Of a stretch of DNA of 56,987 nt, positions 36,060 through 45,101 are shown one piece after another. The position numbers and the translations under genes were made by a program. Position 1 is the first letter of the stretch; each line of letters starts with the position of its first letter. This DNA is from a virus. Taxonomy: Duplodnaviria > Caudoviricetes. Location: IMG/VR virus record IMGVR_UViG_3300021964_000079, positions 1-56,987 of that record; one strand, 5' to 3'. Below the pieces are notes generated by a model, which ran no database searches, was not told where the DNA came from, and was given only the letters and a program-made list of their open reading frames with translations.

Positions 36060-36592
36060 GGATTTCTCCTACCCTTGGGAACGTCCCACACAAATGTCAG
36101 CCTATCAACATCACCATTGTTATATGACATATGTGGACGTTTGTTGTCAAACCAGAAAAATGTGCCGGGATCAATCTGATGTGACTCATCTTCAACCGTG
36201 TACAGATATGTACCCTGCAACGATAGATGATACCTGTCCCGTGTCAGATAGTAGTCACCTTCATCAACATGCAGACCTAGTGTATCGCCTGGCCTCAATC
36301 TAAAGAACGCTGCTCTTGAATGTCGGTGCAGTTTATAAGACTTCAACCATTTCCTGATACCGGGATAACGATAGTACATAGGAGTGTTCTGTTGAAGTTC
36401 AGTCTTTTTAGGGTCGTCGTCAGGGTGTTTAACCGCAGCCATAGTGAGGGGTAGAAATCCATACGGTTTCGTATCTCCAGAAGCACCTTGTAGTGATCCT
36501 GCTACAGCCCAATCCTCATCCTTTATATCAGCGAGGATATCACTTACGTCAATGTTTCTTTCGATAAACCTAAAGTGACTCATTTTTCCCAA
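36056..36592 (-). CDS. Asp/Asn beta-hydroxylase-like 2OG-Fe(II) oxygenase
   Basis: LRPG....HVDEGDYY..RDRYHL, WFDNK.PH...N.....R...VWD. Confidence 0.8.
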   Translation of the reverse strand: MGKMSHFRFIERNIDVSDILADIKDEDWAVAGSLQGASGDTKPYGFLPLTMAAVKHPDDDPKKTELQQNTPMYYRYPGIRKWLKSYKLHRHSRAAFFRLRPGDTLGLHVDEGDYYLTRDRYHLSLQGTYLYTVEDESHQIDPGTFFWFDNKRPHMSYNNGDVDRLTFVWDVPKGRRNP

Positions 36593-37089
36593 CGATAAAA
36601 AATATGATCCTGTATCTCTACAGTCTTCGTTTTAGTCTTTGCCCAAGCAGGCGATACATAGTCTGCATGGTAATGCGTTGCACCACCAGTGATATCTAAG
36701 AAGGAAATCTCATTACTTAGAATTGCTCCTGCAAGACCATACATCCTATTATATATCTTTTTATTACGAGGCGTATCACTCTTGCCGTCACAGAACCAGC
36801 TGAACTGACACCTATTTTTTATAGGGTATCTCACTTGGGGGTTCTGCCATGATGCTCGTGTAGGCCCCTGTTCTACCACCTCACAGATGGTGTTAGGGTA
36901 TCTCTTATCATTAACACGGTTCAATACGACAGCGGTAACTGCAAGCTCTCCTGCAATACCCTGACCTCTTGCCTCATGATACATGTTAAGTGCAAGACAC
37001 TCGGCAGACCTATCAGGTTCAATTGTCGGGGTGCTTGGTTGAGGGACTGCAATCATCAATCCAATGATTGCTGCTTCAAGGCCGTTCAC
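36580..37089 (-). CDS. SleB/Hydrolase_2 cell wall hydrolase
   Basis: CLALN.YHEARG, VLNRV....YP.TICEVV.Q, CQFSW.CDG, GATHYHA.YV.P.W, H.FY. Confidence 0.92.
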   Translation of the reverse strand: MNGLEAAIIGLMIAVPQPSTPTIEPDRSAECLALNMYHEARGQGIAGELAVTAVVLNRVNDKRYPNTICEVVEQGPTRASWQNPQVRYPIKNRCQFSWFCDGKSDTPRNKKIYNRMYGLAGAILSNEISFLDITGGATHYHADYVSPAWAKTKTKTVEIQDHIFYRWEK

Positions 37090-37271
37090 ATTTCACCCAT
37101 TTGTTCAGTGAGATACTGTTTGGCGTACTTAGATGCTTCGTTGCTCTTGAAGTACATTCCAACATCCTCAACAATCTCATCAACACTGAAGTCATTCGGA
37201 ACAGGTGCATCAAAGAAATATCCATTACAGAAATCTTCGATGTCCATCATCCAGTTATTCATCTTACTCAT
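37086..37271 (-). CDS. Small acidic hypothetical protein
   Basis: 61 aa, MSKMNNWMMDIE. Confidence 0.6.
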   Translation of the reverse strand: MSKMNNWMMDIEDFCNGYFFDAPVPNDFSVDEIVEDVGMYFKSNEASKYAKQYLTEQMGEM

Positions 37272-37693
37272 ATCACATATTCCTCTTTAAATTTTTCCAA
37301 TAGTCCACCCTGCATTGCGTATGCCTCAATCTCCCAAGGCTCATCATCATATGCAGTAGTATCATCATAGACCTTACCCATGTACATCTTACGAAATCCA
37401 TCAAGGTCTTTCATCTTGCGAGTGGCACCCTGCCACACATGCACCATTTCATGACACACAGTCTCAACCAACTCCTCATCGTCAAGTGCTTTATCAACGT
37501 CAATGTAGAAGTCACGATTACCGTCACCTTCATAACACCAACCAGCAACACCTTCATTCTTGAGATTCTTGATGTTGAGTTCAATCTCAAGGGTTCGCAT
37601 ACGAGGCATCAACTCACTGATGCAGAAGGTAACGGCACTCTCAGCGAGAGCACGTTTCTTCTTCGTAGCACCTATGACATTGACGTAGTTCAT
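37268..37693 (-). CDS. HExxH zinc metallopeptidase-like protein
   Basis: TVCHEMVHVWQ and PWEIEAY. Confidence 0.8.
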   Translation of the reverse strand: MNYVNVIGATKKKRALAESAVTFCISELMPRMRTLEIELNIKNLKNEGVAGWCYEGDGNRDFYIDVDKALDDEELVETVCHEMVHVWQGATRKMKDLDGFRKMYMGKVYDDTTAYDDEPWEIEAYAMQGGLLEKFKEEYVI

Positions 37694-37719
37694 ATCTCAA
37701 TCTCTCTTGATTATATCTT

Positions 37720-37748
37720 ACTATAACACACGAAATAGAATCTGTCAA
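37720..37748 (-). promoter_or_regulatory. Sigma70-like early promoter
   Basis: TTGACA-17 nt-TATAGT. Confidence 0.7.
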
Positions 37749-37848
37749 CCCCTAAAATGCGACGAGGGCAAACCACCCTGCCGCAAATAGGGTTAACATG
37801 AACATAGTTTCAATAGCGATTGTTGCAATCTTCTTCATAATCAATCTC

Positions 37849-38199
37849 CTAGAGATAAAGAGGGCCAGTCCAGTTGATGGTGTAACCACCGTCGAGGATA
37901 TTTCCCCGTGCTTTGTTCCGAGCAGGAGCAGCCCAACCAGCGGCTTTCAGAATGTCGCCCTTCTTGAACTTCTTGTCGTTGTCGGTATTGACAACAAAAC
38001 CCCAAACGCTACCACCTTCGGTAAATACCTTGATGTACTTATTACCAATCTTGTAGGTAATTTTCTCGTTGAACTCAGCGATCATCGTGTTATTGATGTC
38101 ACTGAGTCCACCTCGACCACCACTGTTTGCACAGATTGTGGTCCAGTTAAGGTAATCTTCTTTGATGTTCTCAATCAGGGTGTTCATTTCGTTGTTCAT
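37849..38199 (-). CDS. Conserved marine phage early protein
   Basis: KYIKV....SVWGFV...GDILKAAGWAAPARNKARGNI. Confidence 0.7.
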   Translation of the reverse strand: MNNEMNTLIENIKEDYLNWTTICANSGGRGGLSDINNTMIAEFNEKITYKIGNKYIKVFTEGGSVWGFVVNTDNDKKFKKGDILKAAGWAAPARNKARGNILDGGYTINWTGPLYL

Positions 38200-38231
38200 G
38201 TCTCTTCCTTTGTTTTCTCAGTTTATACCTA

Positions 38232-38260
38232 AGTATAGACCAAAAATCAGGCTTTGTCAA
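38232..38260 (-). promoter_or_regulatory. Sigma70-like early promoter
   Basis: TTGACA-17 nt-TATACT. Confidence 0.7.
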
Positions 38261-38310
38261 CAAAAATCGTACATGCTAAGTCATTGATTCTAAACGATTC
38301 TCAAAAAAAG

Positions 38311-38805
38311 TTAGCCTGCGGCAAGTCCTTTTGCCTGTGGATACTGAGTTTGTTCGATTCGGACATAATCATCATCCCAATCAAACGCTTCCTTGACCAC
38401 ATTATCAGACAATCCCTTGTACTTACGATGCAGGGTCTTATCCTTTGCAGCAATCAATAGTTCTGCCTCATCCTTGTGAAGACCCTCAAGCATCTGGACA
38501 AACATCATTTCACGTTTGTTCTGATTTAGAGCAGGATTACCACCCTTAATGAAGTGATACAGTCGGCGTACCTCTTGCTGCAATGAAGTATGCTCTGTTC
38601 CTTCTGGTGCATCATTTGGTGTGTATGGTACATCACCTTCGGGTAGTTCCCATACGATTTTTGGGTCAAAAGACGACTTGCAGATCATGCGAAGTGCATC
38701 AGTCTGGTACTGCCTCAAAAATTGAACTTTCTCTTTCTTTGTCTTTATCTTGGAAACCTGTGTCAAGATTTCAGCAAAGCTGCGTGTATATGTGTCTATC
38801 GCCAT
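38311..38805 (-). CDS. Conserved T4-like hypothetical protein downstream of rnh
   Basis: LPEGDVPY.PN, LY.F.KGG, RE.MF.QMLEGLH..EA. Confidence 0.75.
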   Translation of the reverse strand: MAIDTYTRSFAEILTQVSKIKTKKEKVQFLRQYQTDALRMICKSSFDPKIVWELPEGDVPYTPNDAPEGTEHTSLQQEVRRLYHFIKGGNPALNQNKREMMFVQMLEGLHKDEAELLIAAKDKTLHRKYKGLSDNVVKEAFDWDDDYVRIEQTQYPQAKGLAAG

Positions 38806-39650
38806 TAGAATTCTCCTATCGATTCAACGAGGTTTCTCAACCTCTTCTGTGTAAAATAATTTAGTAGTTTGCTACGGTCACCATCTGGTGCATCTTGATA
38901 CTCTTTCAGTATATCAAAAAATAACTCAGGTGGTGATTCTTTGAGGTCAATCAGTCTCTTGTTTCTTTGAAAGTTTCGTTTGACCTCATCGTTAGGAAAC
39001 TCTCCCTCAACCATAGCCTGAATTTTCTTCCTGCTCAGAGGTTTCTGTCGCAGCCCATCCACGAAAGTATTGTCTGGTGATAACACGTTTGGAATGCCGT
39101 CACTGCTGTCACCCTTTAGAACATGCTCACTCAGATAGATATCTGGGTCAACACCATTAACAAACTTCTTGGTGATGGGGCTGTATTGTGTCACGTTACG
39201 GAACTTCTGCAACTGAATGAAATCCTTGTCGCCTGACAGGATCAACGTCTTACCGTTGTCGAACTCCAACTCACCACATAGGGCAGCAATGATATCATCA
39301 GCCTCTGCACCATACACCTCAAGATGTTTGTAGGGAAAGAACTCTTTCAGTTCTGCCTTGACTGCGTTCAGCACTTCGAAGATGGCATCCCAATCATTTG
39401 TGGATTTTTCTCTACCCTTCTTACGACTGTGCTTGTACTCAGGGTAATAGTCCCGACGCCAGTAGTGCTTGGAGTCATAACATAGAACCAATTCGCCATA
39501 CTCATCGCAAAACCTCATGCGATACATGCGTAGAGAATTGAGGATCATATGACGGACCATATCCTCATCGGGTTTGGTCTGCTTTGTCATGTGCAGATGC
39601 ATCATTACGGATGCAACTGAAATCTGGTTCATATCAACTAAAATAGCCAT
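38805..39650 (-). CDS. rnh: T4 RNase H (5'-3' exonuclease)
   Basis: ILVDMNQ, YWRR..YP.YK, EADDII, SGDKDF.QL, GDSSDGIPN. Confidence 0.95.
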   Translation of the reverse strand: MAILVDMNQISVASVMMHLHMTKQTKPDEDMVRHMILNSLRMYRMRFCDEYGELVLCYDSKHYWRRDYYPEYKHSRKKGREKSTNDWDAIFEVLNAVKAELKEFFPYKHLEVYGAEADDIIAALCGELEFDNGKTLILSGDKDFIQLQKFRNVTQYSPITKKFVNGVDPDIYLSEHVLKGDSSDGIPNVLSPDNTFVDGLRQKPLSRKKIQAMVEGEFPNDEVKRNFQRNKRLIDLKESPPELFFDILKEYQDAPDGDRSKLLNYFTQKRLRNLVESIGEF

Positions 39651-39665
39651 AATTATTCTTTCGTT

Positions 39666-40343
39666 CTATTTATTATTTATAACGGTTGCATTGAAGGCCA
39701 TCATGCGTCGTTCACCTTCTACAGAGAAGGGATACACAAGATGTTTCAACCAAGATGGAAATACTAGAAACTTACCAACCTCTGGTTTGAATTTCAAATT
39801 GTCACACCTAAAAGATTGTGTTTCACCATATGCAAATTCAATCAAACCCTTTGCAGGATAGTGATCTTGCAAATCTTCTGCCCATTCATCGTTCATACCT
39901 TCTGGCACCTTGAGATAGATACCACCAGAGAAATCTCCGTTATGGTGATGAAAAGGATTGAATTCACCAGCATACTGACTAACTACCCAACTGTGATCTA
40001 GATGAATATTAGCTAATGTAGGTTTTTTATTCCAGTTTGCAGAGTCCATTCGAGTCCAAGGATTATTTCTCCCCTTCTGAATCATGTGAAGCAGATAGTC
40101 TAGACATCCCTGTTTTACAGTTTTGAGAAGATATTGTTTGTCTTCTTCACTAGTAAGAGGAATTAGAACTTCTTTACTCACCTTACCAACAAGGTGGTTT
40201 GACCAATCCCACTTCTTACTTTTTTCTTCACTGGAAAGAACATCATCAGATACATCATTAACGATTTTTATAAATCGCTTTGTCACTTCAGTCTCTAGAA
40301 TTGCTGGACTAAATGGTTCATGAAATTTCTGGGTCATCATCAT
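39666..40343 (-). CDS. Putative 2OG-Fe(II) oxygenase
   Basis: W...Q..GEFNP.H.H...SG.IYLKVP, P.VG...VFPSWL.H.VYPF....ERR..AFN. Confidence 0.75.
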   Translation of the reverse strand: MMMTQKFHEPFSPAILETEVTKRFIKIVNDVSDDVLSSEEKSKKWDWSNHLVGKVSKEVLIPLTSEEDKQYLLKTVKQGCLDYLLHMIQKGRNNPWTRMDSANWNKKPTLANIHLDHSWVVSQYAGEFNPFHHHNGDFSGGIYLKVPEGMNDEWAEDLQDHYPAKGLIEFAYGETQSFRCDNLKFKPEVGKFLVFPSWLKHLVYPFSVEGERRMMAFNATVINNK

Positions 40344-40752
40344 CTTCCTCTACTAAATTTGCTAGTTCAGTAATTGTTTCAAAGTCAACTTCTGTCTCAA
40401 AGACATTATCTTCATTAATATTGATATCAACATATTCTTCCATGAACTTTTGTGTTATATGTTCCATTTCCATATCTCTATATATTGAACCGTTCACCAT
40501 CGAAATAACCATTGCCATGTCACGAATAAAAGATTTCGCACCAACATCAATACCATTCTCACTCATGGTGTGAATCATCTGGACCATCAAACTCTGAGTA
40601 AGTTCCTCAGCGAATTGCCTGTCCTGTTGCATAGCAATAACATCCTCATCAGGAAGCTTTACTTTTCTTCCGCTTTTTGCGAGCCACGGTCCCTTTATCA
40701 CGTTCTCCGGCGGTGTCGTCTCTTGGTCGCTCATTTCCATATTCCTCTTCAA
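40318..40752 (-). CDS. Acidic hypothetical protein
   Basis: ORF track; NVIKGPW motif. Confidence 0.6.
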   Translation of the reverse strand: MKRNMEMSDQETTPPENVIKGPWLAKSGRKVKLPDEDVIAMQQDRQFAEELTQSLMVQMIHTMSENGIDVGAKSFIRDMAMVISMVNGSIYRDMEMEHITQKFMEEYVDININEDNVFETEVDFETITELANLVEEDDDDPEIS

Positions 40753-41281
40753 GCATTTCTTGTGTCCACACCAATCCCAAATCAGGATAGAATGTTCCTA
40801 CGTCTCGTTTTGGTTGACCCTTGCGTGGTCCATACCAGTAGTAAGCCATTGCAACACATTTGTTGCGAATCTTACCTTGTTGCTGTTCTCCGTAGAACAT
40901 ATCCACCCAAACACCATCACGAAGGTATTTTTGCATATTGCGAATGTACCCCTCATGATCTGCAAGTTTTGCGTCTGCGCCCTTTACCTTTTGTCTTACA
41001 GCAGCACGTTCAGACTTTGCATAATCTTGCTGAACCTTGATCCACTTCTTAACTCTAGCAGGACTTAGCTGATGTTCATCAGGAAGACCACGCAAACTCT
41101 CATGTATGTTGGTCTTACCATAATCAGGGTTCTTAGCAAGTTTTGCTTCTCTTGCTTTTACAAGACGTTCTGATGCAGCTGCTTTCTGTTCATCAGACAT
41201 GGGTTTGCGGGGTTTGCGTTTCTTAGGTGCTTTCCACTCACTATTATCTGTAGTAGCAGTGATCTTCTTCTTGCGTGCCAT
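40649..41281 (-). CDS. Basic hypothetical protein
   Basis: Start MARKKK chosen; KKRKPRKPMS.EQK.AA.ERL motif. Confidence 0.65.
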   Translation of the reverse strand: MARKKKITATTDNSEWKAPKKRKPRKPMSDEQKAAASERLVKAREAKLAKNPDYGKTNIHESLRGLPDEHQLSPARVKKWIKVQQDYAKSERAAVRQKVKGADAKLADHEGYIRNMQKYLRDGVWVDMFYGEQQQGKIRNKCVAMAYYWYGPRKGQPKRDVGTFYPDLGLVWTQEMLEEEYGNERPRDDTAGERDKGTVARKKRKKSKAS

Positions 41282-41285
41282 TGGA

Positions 41286-41489
41286 TTAATATCCCTGTTC
41301 TTCCATTCGCTTTTCAAGATTACGTTTCTGCCGTCGTTTAGAGGCAGCACGTTCGTGTCGCTTCTTCTCACCCTTCGATGTGTAAAACTCTCGTTCTCGC
41401 AGTTCATTAAAGAACCCATCTTCGGTGAGCTTCTTCTTTAGAATCCTCATCGCCTTTTCAACATTATTATTACGCACTTCAACTTTCAC
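41286..41489 (-). CDS. rpsU: Ribosomal protein bS21
   Basis: V.VRNNNVEKA.R.LKKK...G...ELR.REFY.S..EK.R. Confidence 0.9.
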   Translation of the reverse strand: MKVEVRNNNVEKAMRILKKKLTEDGFFNELREREFYTSKGEKKRHERAASKRRQKRNLEKRMEEQGY

Positions 41490-41878
41490 ACCAATTCTCC
41501 TTCTTTTGAATAGTATACACTCTTTAGGTCAAATAAGTCAATGCACTTTTTGCATCCACTACATGGTTTTGACATACCAGTAATCCATTTTCTGTTCGCC
41601 TTATCTCTCTTTGCCCTTACAATATATAGTTCGCACTTAGACAAGTCTTCTACATCAATTGACTTGAGTGCATTCTTGATTGCATGGACCTCTGCATGAA
41701 AAAACACTGCATGATTGTTCTTGCAAAATTGAGCCTGAAAGGGGTGTGTCTTTTTATGATTGTATCCATAGGAAACCACCTTGCCCTTGCGTACCACTGC
41801 CGCAGCAATCCTTGCACCACGAACAGGTTCTACTGACTGTGCAAGCTTGAAAGTATCATCGAAGATTTCAGTGATCAT
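41486..41878 (-). CDS. Zinc-dependent cytidine/nucleotide deaminase family protein
   Basis: HAEVHAI and KPCSGC motifs. Confidence 0.8.
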   Translation of the reverse strand: MITEIFDDTFKLAQSVEPVRGARIAAAVVRKGKVVSYGYNHKKTHPFQAQFCKNNHAVFFHAEVHAIKNALKSIDVEDLSKCELYIVRAKRDKANRKWITGMSKPCSGCKKCIDLFDLKSVYYSKEGELV

Positions 41879-42252
41879 CCTCGCCTCATCTTTGCAACTT
41901 CTTCAGCAGACTTCTTGTTTCGTACCGGCACAGCATTGGACTTGTGCATCTGTGCGATACCTATAATCTCAGTGCCAGTATAAACATTCTCTTCTTTCTT
42001 TGACATAGAAGAATTGTAAGTAGGTTTGCAGGACTCTAATTTGGCGCACTCGACAGGACTCGAACCTGTGACCCACGGCTTAGAAGGCCGTTGCTCTGTT
42101 CCAGCTGAGCTACGAGTGCCTATACCCATCTTCTTGAGAAACTTTGCGTGTTGACGCTCTGCCTCTAGGACAGAGGCCGACTTCTTTTTCTGTTTGCGCT
42201 TGCGAGTATTCGTAGTCGAATAATACACAGGCAATAAATGCATACCGCTCAT
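41875..42252 (-). CDS. Conserved T4-like hypothetical protein containing a nested tRNA
   Basis: MHLLPVYY... and YTG....GIA.MHKSNAVPV...A.MRR motifs flank the tRNA-coding stretch. Confidence 0.7.
   Translation of the reverse strand: MSGMHLLPVYYSTTNTRKRKQKKKSASVLEAERQHAKFLKKMGIGTRSSAGTEQRPSKPWVTGSSPVECAKLESCKPTYNSSMSKKEENVYTGTEIIGIAQMHKSNAVPVRNKKSAEEVAKMRRG
42042..42119 (-). tRNA. tRNA-Arg(UCU), nested within a CDS on the same strand
   Basis: GCACTCG/CGAGTGC acceptor, GCTC/GAGC D-stem, ACGGC-CTTCTAA-GCCGT, ACAGG-TTCGAGT-CCTGT, G-CCA end. Confidence 0.93.
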
Positions 42253-42258
42253 TATATA

Positions 42259-42287
42259 ACTATAAACTAATTTTTAGGATTTGTCAA
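42259..42287 (-). promoter_or_regulatory. Sigma70-like promoter (gives a near-leaderless mRNA for the tRNA-containing ORF)
   Basis: TTGACA-17 nt-TATAGT; ATG 6 nt downstream. Confidence 0.65.
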
Positions 42288-42519
42288 GGTCTTTTATCAC
42301 ATCTTCAATAAGAACAAGCTCCTTGTCGCCATCCTTATCCATTTTGGTCTTAATATAACCCTCTGATTCGAGAGTTTCAAGCATCGATTCTACAACATCC
42401 TCAATCTTTGGATTCCTAAAATAATTTCCTGCAAAATATGCAGCACCGATAACACCCATTGCAAGGGCTGTGTGAAGGTATACATCCATAATCATATTTA
42501 TATCTTTCCTTAGAACCAA
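42274..42519 (-). CDS. Small membrane-anchored hypothetical protein
   Basis: One TM segment; promoter TTGACA/TATAGT at 42559-42531. Confidence 0.55.
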   Translation of the reverse strand: MVLRKDINMIMDVYLHTALAMGVIGAAYFAGNYFRNPKIEDVVESMLETLESEGYIKTKMDKDGDKELVLIEDVIKDLDKS

Positions 42520-42578
42520 TCTACAAGCATACTATACACTAAAAATTGACCCCTGTCAAGACATTTCTTTGATTTTTT

Positions 42579-44630
42579 TTATTTAGTTGTGGCTATGAAC
42601 ACACCGTTCCAATCTTTGTCTAGTGGCTGGGTCTTCATGAACTCACACCTTTCTATCCACATAGTATAGTAGTTTCTCATTTTACCATCAAATTCATTCA
42701 TCAGATCATTGCATAGACGAATGGCATGGTCAAATTGTTGATTGCTATAATACTCGTGCATTCTTTCATGCTGGTTTTCTGCCATACCCCAATTGGTATT
42801 CTTCATCATCCAATCCATTTCACTCAGGACGGTGTAGATACGAATACCGATGGTCTTACCCTTCACTGCCAGTTCATCAACCTTGAGATAGAAGAAGTCA
42901 TTCTTAGTCAAGTCATATGTGGATTCGCCTACTAACAGCAGACAACCATATTCCTTACACTTGCTCTCAATCCTAGCAGCAGTCGATACTGCATCTCCTA
43001 GAACATCGTAGCTGTGTCGCATAGTAGAACCCATCTCTCCAAGATAACCAAGGCCGGTGTTGATACCCGCACCCATTCCTATAGGTGGTTTACCTTCTGC
43101 AACGATCTTGTCGTTAAACTTTACTACTGCATCTAACATCTGTAGTCCAGTTTTGACTGCGCTCCTTGGATGGTCTGGGTCATCTATAGGTGCATTATGA
43201 ATATGCATACTCGCATCACCGATATATTTGATCACCATGCCATTTGAATCTAAAATAGGTTGTGTGATTGCATCCATATACCCATTCATGATTTCAGTAA
43301 GACCCTTGACATCATCACCAAAACTCTCACCCAACGGTGTGAACCCACGAAGGTCAGAGAAGCAAATGCTGATCTCCTTCTTCATACCATCTTTAATAAG
43401 AGAAGGGTTCTCCTGTAGCATACGCACAACTGTAGGTGATGCATACCCTGCGAACTGTTTCTTGATCTCCATCTTCTCCTTATATTCTTCCATGAACCGT
43501 AAGAACGCAGCAATGGCCCAGACCACAAACATAGTAAGGACGGGATATGACCAATCCACTAGATAACTGTACTCTGTAAAGAGGTAGGACGACCCGTAGA
43601 ACGATCCAACAAGAAAAATGGGTAGTAATACTGCCCCAAAATACCATGCGAGTGTGAGAACCACTGATGCTAAGATCAATGCACCCACTCCACTGACTGC
43701 AAGTTCAGCAAGGTCAGTCCAAAATGGTCTGGTTATATTGCGTCCTGTCATCATGGTAGCAAGTGATGCACCTATAAGATTATGCGACTGTATGACCCCC
43801 ACAGGGGTTGCTACGGGACTTTCTAGACCAGAAGCAGTCATACTCAGTATAACGATCTTACCTGTGAGGTCTGGTAATTTCTCATGTAATGCATACACTG
43901 GTGTCTTCCATTTGAAGTCCAACCAGATATTACCATTAGCATCTGTGTCAATCATTTTGTATTTGGGTATGCGTAGTTTCTCCACACCAGCAATACCTGT
44001 CTTCATCTGAAACGATATATCCCCCGCAGCCATGCGTAGGATTTCCATACTGATAGATGGATACAACTTCCCGCCCACTGCAACAACCAAAGGCATACGA
44101 CGAACCACACCATCTTTCTCTGGTGCGATTACCATCATACCAACCGCATTGGCACTCTTTGCCAGTTCTGGAATAGGACCAACCACGCCGGGGTAACTGT
44201 ATACCCACGGTTGCCAGTCTTCTCCAACAGTTGCAACACCACGAACCACACCAGTGTTACTCTTGTCGTTGCTGGGTATCTGTCCTATAACCGTAGGAGT
44301 CTTTTTGAGTATTCTGGCAAGTGCATCATCTTTACCAAATCTGTCTGGGTCTGCAAATAGAATAGGGACAACCACGATAGAGGCACCAGCCTGATAGAGT
44401 TCTATAATTTTGTTTGCAACCCTGTTTCGATCCCACGGCCACTGACCTAGTTTTCTGATTGTTTGATTATTGATCTCTACCGTAGCAAGGTTAGAGAGAG
44501 TCAGAGACTCCTGATTACGTTGGTGTTGGTCTAGTGCTTTGAGTCGCACCATGTCCAAAAACCACGGGTCTGCAAAACGCAATCCACATAATACTAAAAT
44601 CACTGATAATGATATAATCCACTTTTTCAT
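42579..44630 (-). CDS. CHASE2-domain class III adenylate cyclase
   Basis: GQWPWDR and DGVVRR (CHASE2), three TM helices, FSDLRGFT, KYIGDA, GINTG, YDVLGDAVSTAARIES. Confidence 0.92.
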   Translation of the reverse strand: MKKWIISLSVILVLCGLRFADPWFLDMVRLKALDQHQRNQESLTLSNLATVEINNQTIRKLGQWPWDRNRVANKIIELYQAGASIVVVPILFADPDRFGKDDALARILKKTPTVIGQIPSNDKSNTGVVRGVATVGEDWQPWVYSYPGVVGPIPELAKSANAVGMMVIAPEKDGVVRRMPLVVAVGGKLYPSISMEILRMAAGDISFQMKTGIAGVEKLRIPKYKMIDTDANGNIWLDFKWKTPVYALHEKLPDLTGKIVILSMTASGLESPVATPVGVIQSHNLIGASLATMMTGRNITRPFWTDLAELAVSGVGALILASVVLTLAWYFGAVLLPIFLVGSFYGSSYLFTEYSYLVDWSYPVLTMFVVWAIAAFLRFMEEYKEKMEIKKQFAGYASPTVVRMLQENPSLIKDGMKKEISICFSDLRGFTPLGESFGDDVKGLTEIMNGYMDAITQPILDSNGMVIKYIGDASMHIHNAPIDDPDHPRSAVKTGLQMLDAVVKFNDKIVAEGKPPIGMGAGINTGLGYLGEMGSTMRHSYDVLGDAVSTAARIESKCKEYGCLLLVGESTYDLTKNDFFYLKVDELAVKGKTIGIRIYTVLSEMDWMMKNTNWGMAENQHERMHEYYSNQQFDHAIRLCNDLMNEFDGKMRNYYTMWIERCEFMKTQPLDKDWNGVFIATTK

Positions 44631-45100
44631 AGCGCCGCCACACAATTTCTAAAATATATCATCTCATCGTCTAAATCTTCTTCAAATATGTATATAAAAA
44701 AATTATCCATAATATCTATCCATTCAGATGTTTGTATATTATTTAGGTATGTCCACGGCCCGTGGACATGTTGTGATAAGTCAATTGACAATTCCCCACT
44801 GCCTTTAACTTTTTTTGCAATACCTTCAACCTCTTTTAAAACTCTTTCTTTAGGACAATGTTCAAGTGAAGCATATGAAATCCATTTATCTGCTAAAGGA
44901 ATATCTATGTCATCACTCCAATAATTATAATATGTTTTGTCTACAACTTTAATATATTCTGGTGTGAAATGAAAATCTCGGCTCTTACAGTCTATTGCAA
45001 TTGTTCTATAACCTTCTTTTTTCGCTTTTGTAATACTATATGGGATAGTTTCTAACCCTCTCATATTACATGGGGCGCCAAACTCAATAAATGTTTTCAT
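44627..45100 (-). CDS. Hypothetical protein, possibly a truncated SAM methyltransferase fold; AT-rich
   Basis: IEFGA...IAIDC...SYASLEHC. Confidence 0.5.
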   Translation of the reverse strand: MKTFIEFGAPCNMRGLETIPYSITKAKKEGYRTIAIDCKSRDFHFTPEYIKVVDKTYYNYWSDDIDIPLADKWISYASLEHCPKERVLKEVEGIAKKVKGSGELSIDLSQHVHGPWTYLNNIQTSEWIDIMDNFFIYIFEEDLDDEMIYFRNCVAAL

Positions 45101-45101
45101 T

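Noticed and set aside
43228-44208. Long + strand ORFs antisense to the cyclase and to other core genes
   Set aside because: Antisense shadows with no RBS or recognisable motifs
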